From Heteronotia binoei (Eukaryota): a stretch of DNA of 64,000 nucleotides. Below the pieces are notes generated by a model, which ran no database searches, was not told the origin of the DNA, and saw only the letters and a list, made by a program, of their open reading frames with translations. Shown here one piece after another: positions 23,610 to 32,463 of the stretch. The stretch spans positions 41,230,001-41,294,000 of the forward strand of contig NC_083227.1 of NCBI RefSeq assembly GCF_032191835.1, read 5' to 3'. Made by a program: the position numbers and the translations under genes. The stretch's first letter is position 1. The number at the start of each line of letters is the position of its first letter.

Positions 23610-26600
23610 ATGGAGTCCAGTATCCAAGTCTCCGGATTCCTCATCAAGAGGCTGAACGGGGAGAATTACTGCACCTGGTCGGAGAAGGTCACAATGATCC
23701 TCAAATATCATGGTTTGTGGGAGTACGTGACAAGTCCACCCAATATTGCTGTGTTAGACGCTGCTGATGACGCAGCTGTTATAGAAAAACACAGGAGTAA
23801 TGAGGATAAAGCTTGCGCACTAATTGGTCTAATGTTGGAAGACAGCCAGCTTATCCACATAAAGTCCTCCAGCAGTGCAAAGTCTTGTTGGGACGCTTTA
23901 AAGTCTCTCTATGTCAGTGAGAGTGTAGGCTCCCACATATACTTAATGAAGAAACTCCTTAGTGCAAAATATGTGCCTGGTGGGGAAATGAATGTCCACC
24001 TAGAGTTTATGCAACGTACCTTGCAACAGTTACAGGAGAAGGAGGTGGTTTTTTCTGAGCAGCAGAAAGCCTACATAATCCTTTGCTCCCTGGATGCTAG
24101 TTATGATCAGTTTGTATCCTGTTTGGATATCTTGCCAAAAGCTGAGATAACTATGTCTAACATCGCTCAACGTTTGTTGAATGAGGACATGAGGAGAAGG
24201 AACACAGTTTTGTTCGGTGTGTCTCCAGCTCATTCAGCCAAGTCTCCCGCCCGGGAGGAATTTAAAGGGGCCGACAGTCATGCAGCAGCTGGGAAAACTT
24301 ACTCAGTGAGGAGATGCTTTATATGTAACAGCCCTAATCATCTCAAGCGGAGCTGTAAACGTTTCAAAAGGAAACAGTCTTCTGTACCTCCGGTGGGAGG
24401 CAGGCATGTGAACCTTGTTGTTAACTATTCTTCCTTCTGCAATCAGTTTTTAATTGATAGCGGCGCGACTGTGCACATTATCAAGGACAAGAGTCTCTTC
24501 AACACCTACACACCAATTAAAGGTCAGTGTGTTATGTTAGCTGATGGGCTTTGTGCCAATGTAGAAGGAACTGGGCTTGTTAACATTCCTTGTCTAAGGA
24601 GAAAGTTCCAAATGCTTCACGTGCCCAGCATTAAGTACAACATGTTATCTGTCTCCACTTTAACTGAGCAGAGTTTTAAAGTGTCTTTTACAGCTGAGAG
24701 CTGCTTGATTAGTGGTGATGGCGTTTCAGTGGTGGCTAAAAGGAGAGACAACTTATATTTTCTGGAGAAAGAAAACCTTGTGCAACATGTGAGTATGAAC
24801 CGACCCCCTCATGATGAATGCATACACATGTGGCACAGGAGGCTGGGGCATATAACTTTCCAAGCTGTCAAGAGAACCTTGCAAGCTGCAGGAATTACCC
24901 CCAGAGCCTGTCATTGTTTTGTTGACTGTGAGATCTGCAAAGCAACGAAATCAAAGGCAGCACCCACAGTGTCTCCATCAAAATTCCAGTCTGCAGAAAT
25001 CTTGGACCTAGTTTTCATGGATCTGATTGGACCATTCCCAACCAGAAGTGTGGGCGGAGCTAAGTTTGCTTTACACATAGAAGATCACTATTCTCGCTAT
25101 GGTTTTTGTTATTTACTTAAATCCAAGGCTGAGACTTACCAAAACATCAGCAACTGGCTTCGTTTTGTCAACAGGAAAACTGGGAGAGTTCCAAGGGCTA
25201 TTATTTCTGATAACGGCACAGAATTTTGTAATGACCGCATGTCTTCTCTATTTAGGAGATATGGCATCAGCCATCAACGAACATCACCTTATAGGCCACA
25301 GCATAACGCTTTTGTTGAGAGGAGGAATGCCACCCTCTACAATATGTGTATCTCTATGTTGAGAGACAGTAACCTTCCCATGAGTTATTGGGGGGAAAGT
25401 ATCATGAGTGCCTCCCATGTGCTGAACTATTCCTGGTCTTCTGCTATTGGAAAGATCCCTGCTGAGGTCTGGTACGGCAGGAAAGTGTCCATTAGCCATA
25501 TAAAGATCTTTGGGATACCAGCCTATGTAAACATCCCAAAACAGCTACAGCGAAAGGGGAGTAATAAGGCTGTAAAGTTGTTATTTCTTGGGTATTCCAA
25601 CAATCACCAATCTTATAGATTTTCCCAAGTAGGTGACAAGAAGATAACAACATCCTGCTCTGCTAAGTTCCTGGAAACCTCTGTCGGTTGGGAGAGAACG
25701 TCCTCTACAGTATCCCTACCTACAGCAGTGGACACTGATTCGCAACTACCAACTGGAGGCGAGAGGCGGAGTCCTTCACCCAGCAGCAGAGCCATCAAGC
25801 CGGAACCTGTTACACCTGCGTCTTCTGGAGCGGGAGTGTCACAGCAGCAGCAGCAGCAGCCGGTGAGCCAGCATGGAGTGTCAGATGAGGAACCAGAACC
25901 TGTTCTCAGACGATCTACGAGAACAACTCGTCCTCCAGATCGCTACAGTCCTGGTCAGGCGTGTGTCGTCCTTGCTGAGCCTTCCTGCTACGACAGCATC
26001 AAGCATCTCACGCAAGACGAACAGGCTGGATGGAACGCAGCCATGAAGGCGGAGCTTGAGTCGTTGAAAGAGCTACAAGTCTACGAAGAGTCTGTACTAC
26101 CACCTAATCATAAACTCTTGGGTTGTAGGTGGGTTTACAAATTAAAATCTGGGGCAGACGGAAACGTATGTTATAAAGCTAGACTAGTAGCACAGGGGTA
26201 CTTGCAGTCCATGCAAGATTATGACGAAACATTTGCCCCCACACTCAAAGCTACATCAATCTTTTGTGCTCTGACTTATGCAGCCAGGCATAATTGTGTT
26301 GTAAAACATCTAGATGTTAAGACCGCTTACCTACACGCTCCTCTAGAACACACATTGTATATGAAGTTGCCACCTGGTGTTTCTGGTGGAAATAACAATG
26401 TAAATGTTTGCTGGAAACTTAAAAAATCACTGTATGGTTTAAAACAGTCTGGGCATCAATGGAATCAGTTCTTAACTGAATGTTTAAAGAAGCTTGGTTT
26501 CAAGCAAGGCATAGCTGACCCTTGTATATTTCTCAAAGGAAAAGGGGAGCAGCAATGTTTAATCCTTGTCTTTGTGGATGATTTAGCTTTGATTTGTAGA

Positions 26601-27509
26601 ACTGAAAAGATGATGAAATCTATTGTTGAAACTTTGAATGAACAGTTTACTGTGAGGGATCTGGGCAACATCAGACAATATGTTGGCTTAGACATTGAAC
26701 CTGTAAATGGTGGGTATCGTGTCTCACAGAAGGGTAAAATAGCTCAGTTGCTAAAGAGCTATAAAATGGACCAATGCAGGGGAGTGCAATCTCCTATGCT
26801 GCAGAACTTTGACTTAAATGATAGCAATAGTCCACTGTTTGACCAAAGCATCTATCAGTCTTTGATTGGAAGTTTATCTTATATAGCTAACTGGTCAAGA
26901 CCTGATATAGCTATGGCAACTAACCAATTGGCAAGGGCTGTAAAGGAGCCAAGACAATGCCATTGGATTGCTGCTAAACATGTCCTTAGATACCTAAAGC
27001 ATACTCTAGAGTTAAGCTTGTACATAACACCTCTTAAGGATCTAAAGGTGCATGCTTACGCAGATGCAAGCTTTGCTAGTGATCAGAGCACCCGGCAGTC
27101 AACCACCGGTCTGGCAATTTTCATGGGTGGTGTCCTGGTAGGGTGGAGATCTCTGAAACAACGACATGTGGCTCTCTCGACATGCGAGTCAGAGTATTCC
27201 GCACTCAGTACAGTCTGTAGTGAGTTAACCTGGTACAAACAGCTACTAGCTGACCTTGGTTTGTTTTACATAGAACCTATCACTGTGTTTGAGGACAATC
27301 AGGCGGCTCTAAAGCTAGCAACCAATCTTGGAGTTAAATCAAGTTCCAAGCACACAGACGTCAGGTTCCACAATGTAAAGCAATGCTTAACAGACAGGCT
27401 AATCACTTTGGAATACTGTGCCACGAGTGACAATATTGCAGACATTTTCACAAAGGCTCAGACACCAGTAAAACATAAAGACAACTGTATAAAACTTGGT
27501 CTGAAGTGA
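23610..27509 (+). CDS. Copia Gag-Pol polyprotein (Gag, CCHC knuckle, protease, integrase, RT, RNase H), 1299 aa from the first ATG
   Basis: LNGENYCTW (Gag), CFICNSPNHLKRSC, IDSGATVHI (protease), WHRRLGH..C..C and MDLIGP/SDNGTEF/ERRN (integrase), KARLVAQG/HLDVKTAYL/SLYGLKQS/FVDD (RT), YADAS/EDNQAA/DIFTK (RNase H). Integrase before RT is the Copia order. Confidence 0.96.
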   Translation: MESSIQVSGFLIKRLNGENYCTWSEKVTMILKYHGLWEYVTSPPNIAVLDAADDAAVIEKHRSNEDKACALIGLMLEDSQLIHIKSSSSAKSCWDALKSLYVSESVGSHIYLMKKLLSAKYVPGGEMNVHLEFMQRTLQQLQEKEVVFSEQQKAYIILCSLDASYDQFVSCLDILPKAEITMSNIAQRLLNEDMRRRNTVLFGVSPAHSAKSPAREEFKGADSHAAAGKTYSVRRCFICNSPNHLKRSCKRFKRKQSSVPPVGGRHVNLVVNYSSFCNQFLIDSGATVHIIKDKSLFNTYTPIKGQCVMLADGLCANVEGTGLVNIPCLRRKFQMLHVPSIKYNMLSVSTLTEQSFKVSFTAESCLISGDGVSVVAKRRDNLYFLEKENLVQHVSMNRPPHDECIHMWHRRLGHITFQAVKRTLQAAGITPRACHCFVDCEICKATKSKAAPTVSPSKFQSAEILDLVFMDLIGPFPTRSVGGAKFALHIEDHYSRYGFCYLLKSKAETYQNISNWLRFVNRKTGRVPRAIISDNGTEFCNDRMSSLFRRYGISHQRTSPYRPQHNAFVERRNATLYNMCISMLRDSNLPMSYWGESIMSASHVLNYSWSSAIGKIPAEVWYGRKVSISHIKIFGIPAYVNIPKQLQRKGSNKAVKLLFLGYSNNHQSYRFSQVGDKKITTSCSAKFLETSVGWERTSSTVSLPTAVDTDSQLPTGGERRSPSPSSRAIKPEPVTPASSGAGVSQQQQQQPVSQHGVSDEEPEPVLRRSTRTTRPPDRYSPGQACVVLAEPSCYDSIKHLTQDEQAGWNAAMKAELESLKELQVYEESVLPPNHKLLGCRWVYKLKSGADGNVCYKARLVAQGYLQSMQDYDETFAPTLKATSIFCALTYAARHNCVVKHLDVKTAYLHAPLEHTLYMKLPPGVSGGNNNVNVCWKLKKSLYGLKQSGHQWNQFLTECLKKLGFKQGIADPCIFLKGKGEQQCLILVFVDDLALICRTEKMMKSIVETLNEQFTVRDLGNIRQYVGLDIEPVNGGYRVSQKGKIAQLLKSYKMDQCRGVQSPMLQNFDLNDSNSPLFDQSIYQSLIGSLSYIANWSRPDIAMATNQLARAVKEPRQCHWIAAKHVLRYLKHTLELSLYITPLKDLKVHAYADASFASDQSTRQSTTGLAIFMGGVLVGWRSLKQRHVALSTCESEYSALSTVCSELTWYKQLLADLGLFYIEPITVFEDNQAALKLATNLGVKSSSKHTDVRFHNVKQCLTDRLITLEYCATSDNIADIFTKAQTPVKHKDNCIKLGLK

Positions 27510-28459
27510 AGTTGCAATATTACTGCCATGTTGTTGATATGTATGTGAACTATGAATGTAAATAGTTGATGTTACCTGTATAGAATGTTTTTAGTTCCAT
27601 AAGGGGAGGATGTCAGTGTTGAGTTCCTTTAAGAACTAAACTGCTGAGTCAAGGTTATGCAACTAAAACTATACAGCTGTGATAGAAGTCACGAGAAGCA
27701 CAGGTGTGGCCCATGTTACCAATCAGGCTTAGGATTGGGTGGCTGCACTATATCTGTGGTAGCATTAGCCACAGCACTTTGCCTTGGTTACATGCCGTGC
27801 CTTGGCCTTGGGCGATGCTGTATGAATAACATATGTGAAGGAGAAACTCTGTTGAACTGTTTCTTGGAAGGAGTGACTTACTGACTGACTTGCTGGATTC
27901 ATGTAATGTATTGGACTGATTTTTGACTTCTCTATTGGACTGTGATTTGGTGCTGCATATTGGAGGACTGCTATTCTGTGTATGACCATTGCCTGTTTTG
28001 ACTGCCTCTTCCGTTTGACCCAAAATATATCTGTTAACTGGCTGTTGTGGAGTCTGTGCTTTTACCACAGTGTTCTGGAGTGCACCCAACTATCTACTCA
28101 CTCAGGGGACCACACCTTCCTGCGCATTCAAACTCTGTCATGCCCCAACAGGCATTTGTCTGTGGTTCAATTGTTCAGAATGCTCAGCTGTTAACTGGAA
28201 GGATTGTCACATTTACCACTGTCAGGGGCAGGATTAGGTCCACCACTTCAGTCCACAGCCCTGACAACAGTATGGTCTGTCCAAGAATGCAAAGTCTAAA
28301 ACACAGTCCAAGGTCAGGCAAAAAGTTCCCACTTAATACCAGGCAGTACAGTCAAGGATGAATATAATAAGCAAAGGCCAGCTCCACTCCAAAGTCAGGC
28401 AACAGATATACTTCCAGAGCAAGCTCCATCACAAACATGCAAACACATCAATTCCCAAG

Positions 28460-28930
28460 TGTAATGAAAACATATATATATGGTGGTTTTGATTTCTGGG
28501 CTGCTTGCCAATTTCTTTTGTTCCAGTAGTGTTTTGGTTATGTGTGACCTTGGAAGGAGTTATTCTAATCTCCTTCTAATTAATGGTCACCCTCAGCTTC
28601 CTTGATTGGTTCTTCTGGAATGCCCATTTTTAGTTTTTAGTTTGTCATTAGCCGGCTGAGGGGGATTTATACTGTTTCCAAAACCGTTTGATATATACAC
28701 TGTCTTTTTGGCAAGAAGCCGTCCTGCTTCCTGGCTGGTGATTATGGTGTGATATAAGTCTTATTAGTTAGTTATATTTTAGTTATTGTTTTCCTTGCAC
28801 CAGTCTGTTTTAAACTACCTGCCAGCTCAATATTAATTTTTGCTTATCTTTGAGTTGTGCTGCCTTGTCTGTCACTCTAAAGAAAACGCCTTGCTCTGCC
28901 TCGAGCCAGAGGGGAGTTTGGGTTGTTACA
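28460..28930. mobile_element. Solo LTR, 471 bp
   Basis: Termini TGTAA...TTACA; 5-bp flanks ccaag / ccagg (4/5). Confidence 0.6.
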
Positions 28931-30703
28931 CCAGGTCTCGCGGCAAGTTTAAGTAGCTGGTTTTTCCCTTCCAGATGCATCTGGGTCCAGACCAGTCATT
29001 AGGATCAATGCTCTTAACTGAGTCCTCTTTCTTCCGCTTAACAAGCAGTAATGCCCAGATTATTTAAAAACTCATCACTCTGCTTCTACAAAGGAAGAGA
29101 AGTTGTGAGCTCCCAAGGGTGCAGTCCTGTACCTGCTCAAGACTGCCATCCTGGCTCCTTGCCGCCTTCTTTCCTGAGGAGGAGATAGTGGAGGATCTGG
29201 AAGGGGGTCTAGCCATACTGACACTCCCTGGCTCGAGGGCCCTTCTGACTCAGGGGCTGATGGTGATACTGTTGAAGGGTCCCTTCTGGGAGGAGGTTCT
29301 GCTTCATAGGGGCCTATCTTGCAGGGAGTGTCTGCTAGTGTGAGTCTCAGGAACAGGTGATCCTCTGATGATGACTCAGCCTCCCATGTGATTCAGGGCT
29401 GCTCATGACAAGGATGGCGGTTCATGTCCACTCAGGGATGGCTGTGGGGTGATCACAGCTATAATGAGGTGGCTGAGCGGTGAAGGCAATGAAACGCTAA
29501 TCTACTGTACTCTGTATGCTTGGGTTCCAATCACACACTTGTCATCCCCCTACAGGGACCTGAACCCAGGTCACAAGATTGGCAGCCTGCTATAATGCCT
29601 TTATACCATTGGTACTGAGGGTTTTCCCTGTTAGGATACAGTCTTGAAAGCTCCAGTCCCATGTCCAGGAGCCTGGGAAGTCCCATCACTGTCACAGATC
29701 TGCATCCTGAAAGGCACCCATTCCAGAAGTGTCAGCTTCTCTGTAACCACTGCCACTAACAAAATCTGGAAGACCACCTCCAGCTAAAAGGATTCATACC
29801 TCTAGGATTCCTTACTGTGCTGCCATTTAAAGGGCCCACATAGCTTCTGTGCTACCTACTTTGCTAGGGTTGCCAGCTCTGGGTTGGGAAGGAGAGAGAA
29901 GGTCTGTGACTTGACTGAGGGAACTGCTGATTTTGTTGCAGGCCCAAGTCAGAGAAGAAAAAGCTTCAAGAGCAGTAGCTGCAGGAACCCTTGAAGAGCA
30001 CACAGGGAAAGAAGGAGCCCTGCACTTCTTTAACACTTTGGACCAGCTGCTTTCTTGGTGTTACTGGGCTGCAGTTGTTAGAACTTGCCTTTGTTCTGAG
30101 TGCCCTTTCTGGAGGGTATTTACTGAAGATCCTGCCTCTGCAGATGTTGCTATGTTCTTAGCTTGGGTTACCATTTCTAGGGTGGGAAATTCATGGAGAT
30201 TTTGTGGGTGGGGTCTAAAGAGAGTGAGATTTGAGGAGGGGAGGTAGCTCAGCAGAGCATAATACCACAGAGCCCCCACCTTCCAAAGCAGCCATTTTCT
30301 CCAGGGGAACTGATCTCTGTAGTCTGGAGATCAGCTGAAATCCCAGCTCTCCAAGCGCCACCTGAAGGTTGGCAGCCCATTCCTAGCAATTATGATTCAC
30401 TTATTCCTGTGGCTGTAGAGGTGTTGGGTTTATGATGTTTGTTACCCTGAAAACTGTTTATACCTCGAATGCTTTCTTTTTGAAGCAATTTCATAATTAC
30501 TTGTCAAGCCAAAAAGGTGCTGTTATTTATTTATTTGAACCTCCCCCCCCCCCATTAGGAAAAGGATAATTTAAGAGAGGGATCTATGTAACTACAGTTC
30601 TACTGGGTCACACAGGCATCAGGCTAAACAAGGATTAAAAGAAATGGTGAAAACTTGGAGTCCTATTAACCCTCTATCAATGCTATGCTAAACAATGTTG
30701 AAT

Positions 30704-31087
30704 TAGATCCCAATAGGCAGTGGTGTTGGTCTGAAGCAAGAGAACAAAGCAGTAGACAAGTGCACCTTTAAGACCAATTAAGTTTTATTCAGAATGTAAG
30801 CTTTCGTATGCTCTTAAGCAGACTTCATCAGACAAAATGGGAATGGCAAGCAGCAGTTCTTAATATAAGTGGGCAGTGTGGAATCATGGGAACGTTTTTA
30901 GCAGATTAAAAGAATCACAAATAGGGATCTGTGTTTGTTAGTGTTAGAACAAAGCAGGGCTGAAACAAGAATTGCAGCTTGCCATTCCCATTTTGTCTGA
31001 TGAAGTCTGCTTAAGAGCATACGAAAGCTTGCATTCTGAATAAAATTTAGTCGGTCTTATAGGTGCACTTGTCTTCTGCTTTGTTCT
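30704..31087. mobile_element. Penelope-like-element-derived inverted-repeat element with two minimal hammerhead motifs (duplicate at ~35276-35659)
   Basis: Arms 30741-30861 and 30967-31087 are reverse complements; each carries TGT-CTGATGA-A-stem II-GAAA-GCTT; direct repeat aatgttgaattag at 30694-30706 and 31088-31100. Confidence 0.75.
30994..31033 (+). ncRNA. Minimal type I hammerhead ribozyme motif (mirror copy on - strand 30795-30834; duplicates at 35566-35605 and 35367-35406)
   Basis: UGU / CUGAUGA / A / GUCUGC-UUAAGA-GCAUAC / GAAA / GCUU / GCA: intact core, 3-bp helix I, palindromic AAGCUU in place of helix III, one C-U mismatch in helix II. Confidence 0.65.
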
Positions 31088-32145
31088 AATGTTGAATTAG
31101 GATAGGCTAGTACCTCTTGAAGTTGCAGTCCTTCATGACGTTGGTTCTTGGGGTCTGGGACTTCTCCCCATTGTTCTGCAACATATGGTCAGGATGGAGT
31201 TTCCTTGTGAAGGCTTTTTCTTCCATAGTTTTTGCCAGCAACTCATAGGCAGGAGAAAAGGGAGAGCTCCTTCCTTCTGTCCAGAGAATTTATAAGCTTG
31301 CCCTCTAGGGTCATTCTCAATCTTTCCATCCCAAAGGGAAGCATAACAGCCCAGCCTTCTTGCTTTCCAGTCTCTGCCCCTTAGGTGTGACGACTTAGCT
31401 GAGGTGTCAGATGGTAAATCTTTTTTCTAACTTCAGCCAGAGCCATTTACAATTCTGAGCACTGATGAGTTTGGGCACTGCTAACTCATCCCATGGCACC
31501 CTTGCAGCAGAGCCCTTGTAACGTGGATACAGTATAAATCCAGTTACTGAAATATAAATGCAACCTATAGGGTGGAGGGTATTTCTCCACCCACCCCAAA
31601 GGGCAAATTTCTTGGAAAGGGCCTTGGAAAAATTACTTCAGGAAGCCAGCAGATGGAGAAAAGGGGGATTGTCCAGTTCCTGGCAGATCTCTGTCTGCTG
31701 AGGGAACATAGCCTAGAGCGCTTTTGCTTGCTGTGTAGTGTTTTATCCTGTGTGGCACAGCTGGACAGAGCTGGACTGCTTACAGACATGAGGTTGTGGG
31801 TAGAGAATGTGGAGCTGTAACATTTATTTAAAAACATCGCTGGCAGGAAAGAATGGCCATTTCCCCCAGTCTCTGTGATTTGCCTATGATTGGCTTTTAA
31901 CAGCAATGGAATGGCCTTGACAGATTGCTGGTTGTTTTCTTCTCCTCATTCTGAGCCAAGGCAAGATGGAAAAAATCCAAGAACTTTGTCAGCAGAGAAT
32001 GACTCTGATCTATCGACCTCTGTAAGACTGGCCCAGCACACATCCACTACTCTGTTGCTGATCAGTGGCAGAAACACTTTGGCACAGCTCCTGCATCTTT
32101 TTGTCCTCTAGCCCTTGTCCATTATTGCTCAGCCAGAGCAAGCAG

Positions 32146-32219
32146 GTCCCTGTGGCACAATCGGTCAGCGCATCCGGCTGTTAACCGGAAGGATGGTGGT
32201 TCGAGCCCACCCGGGGACG
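32146..32219 (+). tRNA. tRNA-Asn(GTT), copy 1 (one D-stem mismatch)
   Basis: 74-nt cloverleaf, anticodon GTT at 32180-32182 in stem TCCGG/CCGGA, B box GGTTCGAGCCC; no T-run before the next tRNA. Confidence 0.85.
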
Positions 32220-32241
32220 TCTGTGGACTGGCCACGCCCTA

Positions 32242-32323
32242 GACGAGGTGGCCGAGTGGTCAAGGCGATGGACTGCTAATCCATTGTTCTCTGCACGCGT
32301 GGGTTCAAATCCCACCCTCGTCG
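32242..32323 (+). tRNA. tRNA-Ser(GCT), copy 1 (variable-arm G>T, T-loop G>A)
   Basis: 82 nt, nearly identical to recalled vertebrate Ser-GCT; T5 terminator at 32328-32332. Confidence 0.88.
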
Positions 32324-32392
32324 GCTATTTTTGCCATAGGCTAAGACAGCCTTGGCTCTCACTGGCAATAGTTTCAAAAGAGGAGGAAGAGA

Positions 32393-32463
32393 AGCACCCA
32401 CTGGAACTTGAACCCACAATCAGAGAGTGGTAGCCTCGCATGATGGCCCTACATCACTGGTGC
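32393..32463 (-). pseudogene. Degenerate tRNA-Gly-like pseudogene (others at ~29550-29615, ~34116-34181, ~36986-37056, ~38742-38820)
   Basis: Aligns with vertebrate tRNA-Gly (GTGATGTAG..ATCATGC..GGGTTCAAG) but anticodon and T stems are broken; anticodon loops read GCC or ACC in different copies. Confidence 0.6.

Larger units (their letters stand above)
22941..28140 (+). mobile_element. Full-length Ty1/Copia LTR retrotransposon, apparently intact
   Basis: LTRs 22941-23470 and 27611-28140 (530 bp, TG...CA, no difference found line by line); TSD TGCCC (22936-22940, 28141-28145); PBS 23473-23486; PPT aaggggagga 27601-27610; one uninterrupted ORF. Confidence 0.97.

Noticed and set aside
28205-29457. 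Possible older LTR surrounding the solo LTR, with a Pro/Ser-rich pseudo-ORF
   Set aside because: Ends and TSD could not be established; the ORF has no domain or splice support.
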